Below, one piece after another: positions 42,876-54,553 of a DNA stretch of 64,000 nucleotides. Positions within the stretch are counted from its first letter, which is position 1. Each line of letters starts with the position of its first letter. Under the pieces are notes generated by a model, which saw nothing but the letters and a program-made list of their open reading frames with translations, was not told the DNA's origin and searched no databases. The stretch is taken from NCBI GenBank assembly GCA_001600695.1, contig BCKQ01000003.1:528003-592002 (forward strand). The letters run 5' to 3'. The position numbers and the translations under genes were made by a program. The DNA comes from Ascoidea asiatica JCM 7603 (lineage: Eukaryota > Fungi > Ascomycota).

Positions 42876-43862
42876 ATGGCAAGTGCTATTAAAGGAAATA
42901 TTGAATTACCTGATTCAAAATATGATTTAGATACATATTGGGGACGAGTTAAACATTGTCTTGAAATAACTGATCCATCAATGTTATTAAATACAAGTAA
43001 AGATATAGAATATTCAAAAAATTTAATAAGTGATTATAAAAATGGTTTAAATGATAAATTAACACCAGAAGTATGGAAAGCTAAAAAAGTTTTAGATTCA
43101 ACTTTACATCCAGATACTGGTGAAGTTGTATATTTACCATTTAGAATGTCATCATATGTTTTATCAAATTTAGTTGTTACAGTTGGAATGTTAACACCAA
43201 ATTTATCTACAGCAGGTACATTATTTTGGCAAATTGCAAATCAATCTTTAAATGTTGCTGTAAATACATCAAATTCAAATAAATCACATCCATTAACAAC
43301 AAAACAATTAATAAATAATTATTTTTTAGCTGTTGGAGCATCATGTGGTGTAGCTTTAGGTTTAAATGCAACAGTACCAAAATTAAAAAATATATCACCA
43401 AGTTCGAGATTAGTTTTAAGCAGATTAATTCCATTTGCTGCTGTTATATCTGCTGGAATGGTTAATATAACATTAATGAGAAGTGAAGAATTGAAAAAAG
43501 GTATAACTATTTATGATAAAGAAAATAATGAACCAATTGGAATATCAAAAATTGCAGCAAAATATGCAGTTGGAGAAACTGCAGCTTCAAGAGTTATTAG
43601 TTCAACTCCAGTAATGGCCATACCACCATTAATATTGATTAAATTACAAAAAGGATTTTTAAAGGGTAAAGGAACTGGAATAACAGCATTAGCCAATATT
43701 GGCTTATATCTTGCAACTTCATTCACAGTATTACCTTTGGCATTAGCTGTTTTCCCACAGAAAAAAGAACTAAGTGTACATAAATTGGAAGATAAATTTA
43801 AATCATTGAAAGATAAAAATGGTAATCAAATAGAGTATATAAAATTCAATAGAGGAATGTAA
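42876..43862 (+). CDS. FSF1: Sideroflexin (mitochondrial tricarboxylate/serine carrier family)
   Basis: YDLDTYWGRVKH, DSTLHPDTGE...PFRMS, FWQIANQSLNVAVN, LMRSEE and terminal FNRGM. ATG at 42876. Confidence 0.96.
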   Translation: MASAIKGNIELPDSKYDLDTYWGRVKHCLEITDPSMLLNTSKDIEYSKNLISDYKNGLNDKLTPEVWKAKKVLDSTLHPDTGEVVYLPFRMSSYVLSNLVVTVGMLTPNLSTAGTLFWQIANQSLNVAVNTSNSNKSHPLTTKQLINNYFLAVGASCGVALGLNATVPKLKNISPSSRLVLSRLIPFAAVISAGMVNITLMRSEELKKGITIYDKENNEPIGISKIAAKYAVGETAASRVISSTPVMAIPPLILIKLQKGFLKGKGTGITALANIGLYLATSFTVLPLALAVFPQKKELSVHKLEDKFKSLKDKNGNQIEYIKFNRGM

Positions 43863-44158
43863 TATTTCCATTTCATTATGTCTTTTTAATAGATCACTTT
43901 AATATTATATTCTGTATATAAAATCAGTGTTTGTCTTGAATATTTCAGTCGTATAAACTTTAGATTGGCATTTAACGGCTATGAGACCGGTAGAGCCCTG
44001 ACATTAAATTAGAGCCCTGCCGAGCGAGATTCTAAATTCTGTCTGGTTTAAGGATTGAAGATATTTGTCAATTGTTGATATTAAGAAGTGATAATCAATC
44101 ATAATTGATAATATCAGACAGAAAGAAGATACCAAATATAAAGAATTGATAGATTATA

Positions 44159-45124
44159 ATGTCAGATATACATAGAAGCTCATCAATTGGAAGGCCATTA
44201 AGAGTATCCACAAGTAGTTCTGCCGTTGGAACAAATAACGATAATAATGGTAATGATAAACAGAAACAACATTCTCCAGTATCAACATCATCTTCAGTAT
44301 CAAACTCAAATTCAAATATAATATCATATAAAAAACGAGTGAGAATTAAGAATAATTTGAATGAGAATAGAAGACAAGCATTGAAAGATTTTTATAAATT
44401 ATCACAAAATCAAAATAAATCCGGTTCTCAAAATGAATTAAATGAACATGGTTTAAGAAAGAATAATTCAGACTATAAAAATAATGAAGAAGAATTAGAA
44501 TATGATCCAAATAAAATAGATGAAGAAAATGAAGAAGATTTAAATGAACTTTTAAAAACTGCATCTATAAAAGATTTAATTAAATTTGAAAATGATTTAA
44601 ATTATAAAATTAATTTATCAAAATCTTTAATTAAAAATATTATTTATAATAATTATTTTGAATTAATCAAAATAAATAAATTTTTATCAAATTTAACAGA
44701 TGATAATTTTTTAAAAACCAAGTTCAATAATACTAAGAATAGTAATAATAATAGTAATAATGGTAATGACTCAACAAGTTTAAATGATAATTTGAATGAT
44801 TTAATAAATGAAGATTTTAATAAAGATGATTGGAATTTTAAATTCAATATTGACGATAATGAAAATATTAAAAATAGTAGAGATGATTTAAAAAATTTAG
44901 ATTTTCTAACAAATTTAAATAATTTAAATAATGATACAAATGATACATATGAAAAGAATACAAATAAAATAGAATCTAATAAATTTCAAAATAAAAAATT
45001 AATTTCTTCAAGTAATATTAATAAATCTAATCCTATTGATAATAAAAATATAATGGAAAATTTAGAAGAACTTAAAGAAAGTATAATGATACTAAAAAAA
45101 GAATGTACAAATACTTCAAAATAA
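44159..45124 (+). CDS. VPS51: GARP complex subunit Vps51-like
   Basis: RRQALKDFYKL N-terminal motif, plus LLKTASIKDLIKFEN...IKNIIYNNYFELIKIN Vps51 domain. Confidence 0.8.
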   Translation: MSDIHRSSSIGRPLRVSTSSSAVGTNNDNNGNDKQKQHSPVSTSSSVSNSNSNIISYKKRVRIKNNLNENRRQALKDFYKLSQNQNKSGSQNELNEHGLRKNNSDYKNNEEELEYDPNKIDEENEEDLNELLKTASIKDLIKFENDLNYKINLSKSLIKNIIYNNYFELIKINKFLSNLTDDNFLKTKFNNTKNSNNNSNNGNDSTSLNDNLNDLINEDFNKDDWNFKFNIDDNENIKNSRDDLKNLDFLTNLNNLNNDTNDTYEKNTNKIESNKFQNKKLISSSNINKSNPIDNKNIMENLEELKESIMILKKECTNTSK

Positions 45125-45923
45125 TCATCTTCTTTGCTTAATATTATAATGATTAAAATATATATATTTAGTAAAATAATCAATCATATATTTAATATAC
45201 TACTGTATTTCATTGTTGAACCTGCTAAATATTATCTTATACCGGGACATTGACCTGCGTTGAAATGCGTTAAAAAGACAACGCACAAATCTGCCTATAA
45301 ACGTACTGTAAATTGATCTGCTGGTGCAAATACAGTAATATTACAGCGCTGTACAGGAGGACACAGCCGGTAACCTCGCTCTAATCTGCAGCTATTGTTT
45401 AACCGTTTTTGTTTTCAGTACAAAAAAAGAAGAATTAAATTTCCTTTAATAAAATATGTCTAAATAACTGTTTAATTTTCAATTCGAATTATAATTTGAA
45501 TTTTTATTTGAAAATTTAGTCAAGAAGTTATGGTAAAATAAGTATTGAAAAGGATACTAAAAATCCATGAAATTCAATCTATCAATCCAAATTGAGTGTA
45601 TTAATATTAATGATTTTCATTTTATTTAAATTTATACCAAGAAATAAAAAAAATGTGTTTCTTCGGTATGGAATTTAAAGATACTTAAATATGGTAAATA
45701 ACGTTGAAATGATTTTCTTTCACAATATACGAAATTTGATAAAATGTAAATCTAACGTTAATAAAATATGCAGATAAATAGATACAGTTGTTTAGTTAGG
45801 TGAATATGAATGTGAATATGAATGTATGTATACTGTATAATATAAAATAAGATATAGAAAAAAAACGGAGTAAATATTCATTTAAAACTTGAATAGTGAA
45901 AAATTTACCAAAAATTCATTGAT

Positions 45924-46865
45924 TCACTCACTTTTATTTATTTCAATATTATCATTATCATTATCATTGTCATTACTATCATTATTGTCATTACTATCAT
46001 TATTGTCATTATTTTCATTATTTTCATTATTTTCATAATCATTTGAATAAAAATTAGGTATCACTGGAGATGATTTTCTATTTGAATTTTTATTTAACCT
46101 TTTACTTGAATATTTTGTTGAATTTTTTTTATATATATTATTAGTTAATTTATTTATTTTATTTATTTTTGATAATTTATAAGAGTTTGAATAAGAATTC
46201 TTAGATAAAATTTTGAATAAATTCAAATTTGAACTAAAAGAAATATTTTGTCTCTTTATTGAATTTAGAACAATAATCTCATCACTTTCAATTATATCCC
46301 TTAGAATTAGACTTTGTGGAACTGGATTGGTATCATCATTATTATTATTATTATTATTATTTAGGAAAGGTAAATTTAATGGAAATTCAAATAATTTAAA
46401 AATTAATTTAAATTTACCTTGTTTTGATACGGATAAATTATTAAATATAAATAAAGATTTATATAAATTTGAATTAAAAGAATTTGATTGATTTAAAAGA
46501 TTTAAATTTAATAGATGATTATTATTGATTTGATTTGAAGTTGAAGATATTGAAGTTGTTCCTATTAATTGATTTAAATCTTTATTACTATCATTATCAA
46601 AAGGATATAATTGTTTTGTAGATACAATACAAATTAAAAAATTTAAAGATCTATCAATTATATTTTTATTATTACCATTGTTATTATTTTTATCATCATA
46701 TAAAGAAACAGCTAATATTGGAGATTTTGAGAAATTTTTATTTGTTTTTAAAATATTATTTGGTTGTTGAATTATTGATAATTTGTAATTTGCATTTACT
46801 TTTTTTGTAACTGATTGATTGATTATAAAAGGCTGAAAATTATTTGAGAGAGATATTGAATCCAT
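45924..46865 (-). CDS. Divergent velvet-domain protein (VosA/VelC-like)
   Basis: Colinear velvet motifs YKLSIIQQP, SPILAVSL, LIGTTSISS, LFIFNNLSVSKQGKFKLIFKLFE and IIESDEIIV. Confidence 0.75.
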   Translation of the reverse strand: MDSISLSNNFQPFIINQSVTKKVNANYKLSIIQQPNNILKTNKNFSKSPILAVSLYDDKNNNNGNNKNIIDRSLNFLICIVSTKQLYPFDNDSNKDLNQLIGTTSISSTSNQINNNHLLNLNLLNQSNSFNSNLYKSLFIFNNLSVSKQGKFKLIFKLFEFPLNLPFLNNNNNNNNDDTNPVPQSLILRDIIESDEIIVLNSIKRQNISFSSNLNLFKILSKNSYSNSYKLSKINKINKLTNNIYKKNSTKYSSKRLNKNSNRKSSPVIPNFYSNDYENNENNENNDNNDSNDNNDSNDNDNDNDNIEINKSE

Positions 46866-47216
46866 TGCAATTGATGATATTATTTGATTTAAAGTGTTAT
46901 GATAGTTTTTTTTTTAAGATATCTTAAGAAATCCTAATAAATTTGAAAAAGAAGTCGAAACATTTTTCATATATATATATATATTTAAATAAACTAGATA
47001 TAAACATAAAAGAATACAGCATGAACATTTTCGAAATATATAAAATTATGTTACTGTATTTATAGATACTAAATGAAATTTGGATTGAAAATACCAAAAA
47101 CAAGTTGCGACTTTTTCTTTATTCGCATCATTTTTTTGGGCTTTGCATCAGCCACACACGGCAGCCTATAGACGTGCAGAGAGCAGCCTTTAGCAGCGCA
47201 GCACGGAGGGAAGTTA

Positions 47217-47302
47217 CGGGGTCTACGGGTCTGGCTGTAGTTATCCGAGTTATAGGCCAAAATGCATTTGTGTAACGGGGTCTGGAATCTTTTCCGGGGT
47301 CT
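47217..47302. promoter_or_regulatory. Four-copy CGGG(G)TCT motif cluster upstream of the velvet-like gene
   Basis: CGGGGTCT at 47217, 47276 and 47295; CGGGTCT at 47226; all in a GC-rich island. Confidence 0.5.
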
Positions 47303-48076
47303 GAGATATTTTGGTGGTTGTGAGTTCAGTCCCGCAAACAAAATTAACAAATAATCATTATGAGCAGTAATAAACCAAGAGGAAGGCCTGGAAGTTGGGC
47401 AGTCTCCCAGTTTCACAATCATGTTCTAGCACGACGCTAATCTACTTCAATTGCATGTGTCTCAGTTGATCATTTTTAAGCCTGCTATTTCGACTGTTAC
47501 CACAAAACTGTTATCTTCTGTCTATTAAACTAAATCATGTGTTTTCCTTGGCAATTTGACCTTGGCACCTTCTCTTTGGTTTACAAAAGTCGAATTGCGG
47601 GATTTCGGAACTAAAAACATGTGAAAAAAAAAAAAAAAATATAATAAAATTTCAATTTCAAATTCGAATTGAGAAATTGCAACTCTTGAAAATCGAACAT
47701 AAAACTTAAACCGGAATTGTGTTAAATTACCCTCGAGATAAATTCCCCAATTCAAATTTCACTTTTTTGGATTGTCTAAATAAAATCCGTTGTATTTGAG
47801 TGCCCATGGTTTTTTCCGCGATAGCCGGATCCCAAAACTTAAAACCCTTATGAAAATCCAAAATGCTTGAATAAAAATCTAAAAGTGAAAAAAATCAATT
47901 CAATTTAAATTTATAATGATACAAAGATGAAAAGAAATTGAATATTCAAATCAAATAGACTCATCAATTGTTTATTAAATACAAATATATACATTTATAT
48001 GTCTGTATGCTAACCTATTCATATATAGTTTTAATCAGGTTTTGAATATGGAATTATAATCATGAAATGATTAAAA

Positions 48077-49180
48077 ATGACTTTGAAACTTTTTAATTTC
48101 AGAATAAAAGATTCAATTTCAATATCTTCTTTATATTTAAGAAAATATAACAAAAAAATAATGAGTTCAGATAATTTGATAACGAATTCAATATCAAATT
48201 CAGTATTCAATTCAATAATTAATTCAAAAGCTTTTCATACATCAAATTTAAAAAATTTTAATAATTCAAATTCTAATAAATCAAATAAATTAAAATTATT
48301 AGATAAAATTAAATTCAATTCTGCTCAAACTTTAACTTCTTTGAATAAAACTTATGATTTTTTTAAACCTGGTCAAAATATACTTGATTTAGGCTTTTCT
48401 CCTGGTGAATGGAGTAAAATTGCAATAAAGTCAACAAATTTATCAAATAATGTCAAACTTAAGAAAAATTCAACTCATAGAATCTTAGGTTTTGATATTT
48501 TATCAACAAATCCACCAAAAGGTGCTTCAACAATTCAAGGTAACATATTTTCAAAAAAATCTCAATTTTTAGTTAAAAATTTTTTTTTACATGCCGGTAA
48601 AAATTTTATAAATAATTCAATTCAACAAAAGAATCCTTCAAATATTGATGATTTAACTTCAAATTTAACCAATTTATCTTTGACCGATACTAAAAATGAT
48701 AATCCTATCAATAACGATGATAAAAATGATAATAAAAATTTAGATGAAAATCTTTCTAATTATTATCCAATTGACGTAATTTTAAGTGATTTATCAACTC
48801 CCTGGCCAAAACAAGATTCTTATTATTGGAGTAATACAACAAATTCCCCTCATGCACATTTAGCAAATTTTAACTCTTTAGATAATAATTTATCTCCAAT
48901 TGATTTAGCTGATGCTTCATTGATTTTAGTTTTAGATTCTTTAAAAAAAAAGGGTTCTTTTATTTGTAAAATTTCTTTTCAAAAAGATAATTCTATTTCA
49001 AATGAATCAGTTTTAGATGAATTATCTTTATTTAATAAAAGATTGCAATTTGTTTTTAATATTGTTGAAAGACATTCTCAATTCAATTTAGTATTGAATT
49101 TAAACGAATTTTATTTCATTTGTTTAGACAAAAAGCAAAATAAATTTGATAAACATGATGTTTTTTTCATAGGAAAATGA
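48077..49180 (+). CDS. MRM2: RrmJ/FtsJ-family mitochondrial rRNA methyltransferase-like protein
   Basis: KPGQNILDLGFSPGEWS, ILGFDIL..PPKGASTIQGNIFS, PIDVILSD, YWSNTTN, DLADASL, GSFICK and NEFYFIC; basic, Ser-rich N-terminus. Confidence 0.75.
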   Translation: MTLKLFNFRIKDSISISSLYLRKYNKKIMSSDNLITNSISNSVFNSIINSKAFHTSNLKNFNNSNSNKSNKLKLLDKIKFNSAQTLTSLNKTYDFFKPGQNILDLGFSPGEWSKIAIKSTNLSNNVKLKKNSTHRILGFDILSTNPPKGASTIQGNIFSKKSQFLVKNFFLHAGKNFINNSIQQKNPSNIDDLTSNLTNLSLTDTKNDNPINNDDKNDNKNLDENLSNYYPIDVILSDLSTPWPKQDSYYWSNTTNSPHAHLANFNSLDNNLSPIDLADASLILVLDSLKKKGSFICKISFQKDNSISNESVLDELSLFNKRLQFVFNIVERHSQFNLVLNLNEFYFICLDKKQNKFDKHDVFFIGK

Positions 49181-49333
49181 AAAAGTACAAAATCTAGAAA
49201 AAGAAAAGGACTGTCTATTTATATTTATATGTTTCTATAAAAGTTTTTCTAAAAGTTTCTCTAAAAGTCTTTTTTTTTTTTTTCATACCGTATATAAATC
49301 ACCTATATAATAATAAAGTTCATAAAATTTATC

Positions 49334-52267
49334 TCATTTTGATAAATCATTTAAGATTTTTTTAATAACAATTAGTCTGTTACATAAATTATTTACATTT
49401 TTATCTTTAATTAAAACTTCATTAGATATTTCAATATTACTTGAAATTTCAATAATATTACTCATTTTATTTAAAAATTTATTCAATTTATCTTCAACTT
49501 CTTGTGTTGAGAAAACTGGATCATTATCAAAATCAATTTTTTCAATAACTTCAATATAATCTTGTTTTATATCATTTAATAAAAAGTTACTTTTGAAAAA
49601 TTCTTTTTTATCATCAACAATAAATAGTTTTTGTAATAATTTTAAAATATTTTCTTTAAATTTATTTACTTCATCATCACTAATATTATTATTTTCTAAT
49701 AAATCAAATTTTTCACCAGGAATATTAATTTTATTAACTTTAATTTCAAATGGTTTTGAAATTACTAAAACTTTATGGGAATTAGAATGATGATATCTAA
49801 ATTCATAAACACCTTTTTCAAAATATAATAAATTATTGAAAAATTTAACATATCCAATTTTGTATTCTTCATTTTCATTTTCATTTTCAATTTGAATTTC
49901 ACTTTCATTTAGTAAACCTTTATAATTCTCAATTGGTTGTTTTTTATTATTTTTATAAGCATTTGGAGAAATTGGAATCCAATGATTTTTTGAAGAAATT
50001 TTTGTATTTAATCTTGATTTTGAAGTTGATAAAATTTTATACATTCCAATCCAATCTAATATATCATGATTTTTTGGAATTTTAAATTTTATAATTATTG
50101 GTTCTCCAATATTAGTATATAAAGTTTTATTTTCTAAATTAGTTTTCATATTTAATATCTCAATTGAATATTTATTATCTTTGGATTTTGAAGTTGAATT
50201 AATATTTTCATTGTTGATATTATTATCATTATCAATTGCTGTTTTTGAATCTGATAAGATTCCATTTTCTTTTACATTTTCTTTGACAACTTCTTTAATG
50301 ATTTTCTTTTCATTTAATTTAGTATTTGAATTTGAATTTGAGAAGGAATTTCTTTTAATGTGATTATCAAATACATTATTAATCTTTGGTAAAATTTTTT
50401 TAAATTCAATTGAAACTCCACTATCTTTTGAAACCTCTTGCTCACCATATAATTTAATCATATGAGGTTCTTCAACAAATTTTATCAAAAAGATTTGATT
50501 TAGAGTTGAAAAGATTGAAATTATGAATAAAAATGAAGAACAAGTTATAATTGTTAAACCCCAAACACCTAATATACCTAAAATTCTTTCTGGATTATTT
50601 AAATATCTATAAATACCAGATTTTGTTAAATTTTTTTTTGAATTTTTCAAAGGTAAAAAAAAATCTCCATAAAACCAACCAAATAAACCAATATTATTAA
50701 TAATTGAATTATTACAAATAAAATTTAAAACAATTAAAAAAATTCCAATAATTATTCTTGAAGGTAAAAAAACTTGAATCAATCTTAATTCTTTAAAAGA
50801 TAAAATAATCAAAAAATTATAAAAAGTTAAATAATTTAAATTATAATAAACACACCAATTATTAAAAGCATCATTTAAAGTTAAATCAAATTTTAAATAA
50901 ATTCTTGAAATTAATTGATTTTTTGATTGATTGTAAAGAATATAAAAAACAATTAAAGAATTTGAAATTTTTATAAATAAAGTTATTAGAAATAGATTAA
51001 AATTTGATTTGATATTTAAAGAAAGTATAATTATCAAAACATTTATAATTAAAGTTAAAAAATCAGTAATTCTAATAATTTTAAAATTTTTAAAAACTAA
51101 TAATGGTTTTAAATTAAAAATTTTATTATCTAATTGAATTGAATTTTTAATAATTGAATTTAATGATAATGGTTGACCATAAATTTTATTAATATGAGGT
51201 TCTTCAAATTTATAAAGAAAAAAAAATTGTAATAAATGAGCAAAAATACTTATAAATAAAATTAAATAAGAATTTGCTAATAATGCAAAACCATAAAAAC
51301 CAATATAACCAATTGAATACATTGGATGAGGGAAAATATTAAAGACTCCATCAAAAATTAAATGATTATTCAATTGTAAGAAAAAAAAATCACCCCAATA
51401 CCAAGCATAATCTTTAACAATATTATGAGCATCAATTTTAACCCAAACATTGAATAAAATTAAAGAAATTGAAGAGATTATTCTAATAATATCAATATAG
51501 AAAAAATTAGATTTTAAATCATTAAAATTATTAATATTTAAATTATTATATTTTTCATAAATGACTAAGATAAAAATACAAATATAATTTAAGAAATCTT
51601 GCATTAAAATTAAATCAACTAAATATCTAAAAACTAACCAAGAATTAAATTCAATTGGATAATCAATTGGATTATAATTATTACCAATTTTTATTTTTAA
51701 ATTTTTTTTAATAAAATTTTGAATAAAATTATTTTTTTTAATATTTTTATAATTAAATAAATTTAAATTATTATCATTACACAAATTTATTATAAAATTA
51801 TTATTTGATTGATTATTTAATAAAATTCCAATACCAAAATTATAAGAAAATCTCCAAAATATGAAATTTGTGATAAAAATTTTTTTTATAGTATTAAATT
51901 TCAAAAGTTCTGGAAATTTTTTATTATAATTAATTAAAAAAAATAAAACTAGAAAATTTAACAATAAGATAAATAAATTTAAATAATCTAAAATGGATTT
52001 TTTAATAAATGGATTGAATAAAGTTTGTACCATATCATTTGTTTTTGGAATTGGGAAAATTTTATTATTTGAAGTTTTACCAAAAATGATTTTATTATTA
52101 TTTTGAATGAATAAATTACTATCTTTTGATAGTAATTTTGGATTAAAATAATTATTTTCACTTAAATTATCATTTTTGAAAGGATCATTTGAAGAGATTG
52201 AATTTTTTTTTTCATTATCTAAATGACTATCGATTGTTGATTGTGTTGAAACATTTGACAACGTCAT
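49334..52267 (-). CDS. CHO2: Phosphatidylethanolamine N-methyltransferase
   Basis: FGKT...PKTNDMV, YPIEFNSWLVFR..VDLILMQDF, DYAWYWGDFFF, PHPMYSIGY, GWFYGDFF and YRYLNNPE; C-terminal domain DWIGMY...YEFRYHH. Confidence 0.97.
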   Translation of the reverse strand: MTLSNVSTQSTIDSHLDNEKKNSISSNDPFKNDNLSENNYFNPKLLSKDSNLFIQNNNKIIFGKTSNNKIFPIPKTNDMVQTLFNPFIKKSILDYLNLFILLLNFLVLFFLINYNKKFPELLKFNTIKKIFITNFIFWRFSYNFGIGILLNNQSNNNFIINLCNDNNLNLFNYKNIKKNNFIQNFIKKNLKIKIGNNYNPIDYPIEFNSWLVFRYLVDLILMQDFLNYICIFILVIYEKYNNLNINNFNDLKSNFFYIDIIRIISSISLILFNVWVKIDAHNIVKDYAWYWGDFFFLQLNNHLIFDGVFNIFPHPMYSIGYIGFYGFALLANSYLILFISIFAHLLQFFFLYKFEEPHINKIYGQPLSLNSIIKNSIQLDNKIFNLKPLLVFKNFKIIRITDFLTLIINVLIIILSLNIKSNFNLFLITLFIKISNSLIVFYILYNQSKNQLISRIYLKFDLTLNDAFNNWCVYYNLNYLTFYNFLIILSFKELRLIQVFLPSRIIIGIFLIVLNFICNNSIINNIGLFGWFYGDFFLPLKNSKKNLTKSGIYRYLNNPERILGILGVWGLTIITCSSFLFIISIFSTLNQIFLIKFVEEPHMIKLYGEQEVSKDSGVSIEFKKILPKINNVFDNHIKRNSFSNSNSNTKLNEKKIIKEVVKENVKENGILSDSKTAIDNDNNINNENINSTSKSKDNKYSIEILNMKTNLENKTLYTNIGEPIIIKFKIPKNHDILDWIGMYKILSTSKSRLNTKISSKNHWIPISPNAYKNNKKQPIENYKGLLNESEIQIENENENEEYKIGYVKFFNNLLYFEKGVYEFRYHHSNSHKVLVISKPFEIKVNKINIPGEKFDLLENNNISDDEVNKFKENILKLLQKLFIVDDKKEFFKSNFLLNDIKQDYIEVIEKIDFDNDPVFSTQEVEDKLNKFLNKMSNIIEISSNIEISNEVLIKDKNVNNLCNRLIVIKKILNDLSK

Positions 52268-53142
52268 TTTTGATTATCTTATTTCTATTCAGTTAAATGA
52301 ATTGAACCATGAAATGAAAGTGATTGAATAAAAAAGAAGAATAAAATAGAAAAGGGAAATCAAAGACTATTTATACAATTTCAGACAGCGCTTAAGCCAA
52401 ATCCGAACCCAATCAAAACAAAACAAACCAAAACAAAATAGAATTGCAAATTGATTCCATTGTTTTTTTTTTGCTTTTGGCCAGAAGAACTGAGAATTGG
52501 AATTTGATCAAGAAATGATTAAAGCAGTAATCAAAGCAGTAATTAGAGCAAAATCAGATTAAATGGTAAATTGTTGGGTGTTTATTAACAGAACAAGTCT
52601 GGTTTGATTCTGGCGTTTAGCGCAACTTCGGTGGTGTTGTGGATATTTTTCTGGGATTGAGTTCGGTTTGGCAGTTGCAAAAGTCCTGTGCAATTTTCCC
52701 TTGTCACGAAAAGAAACGTAAAACAAACGAAAAACGAAAAAGTCGGTTTGCTCCCGAGTTTATTGAGCCATCGGCTACTGCAGCCTTAAACTGGCATGTG
52801 ATGGAAATCCAAGAGAATTGCTGGAACCCTCAAATATTTAAGAGGTCTGAAAAACAAATATCATGTGACATTGTACAAAAAGAGGTCTAAATTTTGCTTA
52901 CGTAATTAAATCAAATAAAAGAGGCCATATTTATGGGTCTGCTTGTTTTTTCCTATATCCGATAATATTTTTAACCGATAAAACTAATAACTATTAAAGT
53001 AACCAAAATATCAATATTTATAATAAAATAATCATACAATTATTATAAAACTGCCATAAAATAATTGTAAAATGCAAGTCTATCAGAGTCATAAATTGTC
53101 TATATAAAAAACATATTACTAATAGTCAAATGAAATTTTTGA

Positions 53143-54508
53143 TTAGTAGTTAATTTGAGATAAATTCATTTTAATAAAAAGTTTACTACCAAGAATGATA
53201 TCCCCATCAGAATCATAAATTGGAATATGTCTATATCCCTCTTTTAAATAAATTAATCTAGTTATAAAATATCCAACATCTTCATTTTCATTATCATTAT
53301 CATACTTATAATCATCTTCTTTATTTTTATCTTTAATACTAATCTTCAAAAATAAAAAATCTATATATTTTTGTTTAATATTAACTTGAAATTTATCACT
53401 ATAATTCCAATTGTTTTCAACACTATTTCTAATTGGTTTTTGACTTTTAAATCGAATTGTATCATCAAATTCATTATAATTATTGAAACTATAATCACTC
53501 AAACATAATGAAGAGTTTAAAAAGTCTGAAGAATCTGAAGAATTTGATGATTCGGAAGATGATGAAGAATTTAAAGAATTCAATTCGCCATCATCACTAT
53601 CAATTATATTATTTTTAGAATTTTGTTTATCTTGTCCAATTATTTCGACAATTATATAAGGATTTCTAACTTCTCTATTATTTTTTTTTAATCCAATTCC
53701 TGATATAATTTCAATATCAAATTTGATATATTTATTATTTATTTTACTCATTTGATTTTTTTTATTTCTAAGATATTCAGGCTTTAATACATATCCAAAC
53801 TTATTTTCCCCATTACAATTAAACATTGCTTCATTTAATTGTTGTCCTAAGTCTTTAGTTTGCCAATTTGTTGCAACATATTGACATCCATGTTTCCAAT
53901 AATTTATTGGATTAAAATTACTTGAATTAACTCGAAATCCAGAAGGATAAATTCTATTAAAATAATTTTTATTATGTTCATCTAATTTTTCTCTTTTATT
54001 TTTATCTTCAATCATACCATTTATTTTATTTTCACTAAATGAAAAACAATGAAATTTATCTTTACATTCTGGTAATGAAAATTTCTTGAATTTTAATCCA
54101 TAAATATAACTTATTGCACAAAGTTCTGGGATAACTTTAAATTTATAATTACTATTGTTATTACTACAATCATAATTATTATTATTTCTTAAAGAAATAA
54201 TTCTAGAATTTTTGATATTATTCTCATTTATAATTTTTATTCTATTTTTTTTGATTTTTTTATTTTTATTTTTTATTATATTTCTGTTTTTTCTCACTCT
54301 TATAATTCTCTGAAAATTTTCTTTTATTACCTTTTTTCTACCTCTAAAACATTTTTTATTTTCAATATTATTAGTTTCAATAATAGTATCAATTGTCTCT
54401 TCATTTCTAGAGAATGAATCAATAGAAGATGATAATGATGATATTGGAGTACATGTTAATGATAATGAAGAATTCAATGAAGATGATGATGTTCCTGAAG
54501 AAGAAGAA

Positions 54509-54553
<45 letters not shown>

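Noticed and set aside
43991-44019. TAGAGCCCTG direct repeat upstream of VPS51
   Set aside because: Only two copies; plausibly an ordinary general-regulatory-factor site with nothing further to support it.
17584-50363. Numerous 60-100-aa ORFs overlapping the long CDSs
   Set aside because: Antisense or off-frame shadows with no independent motifs.
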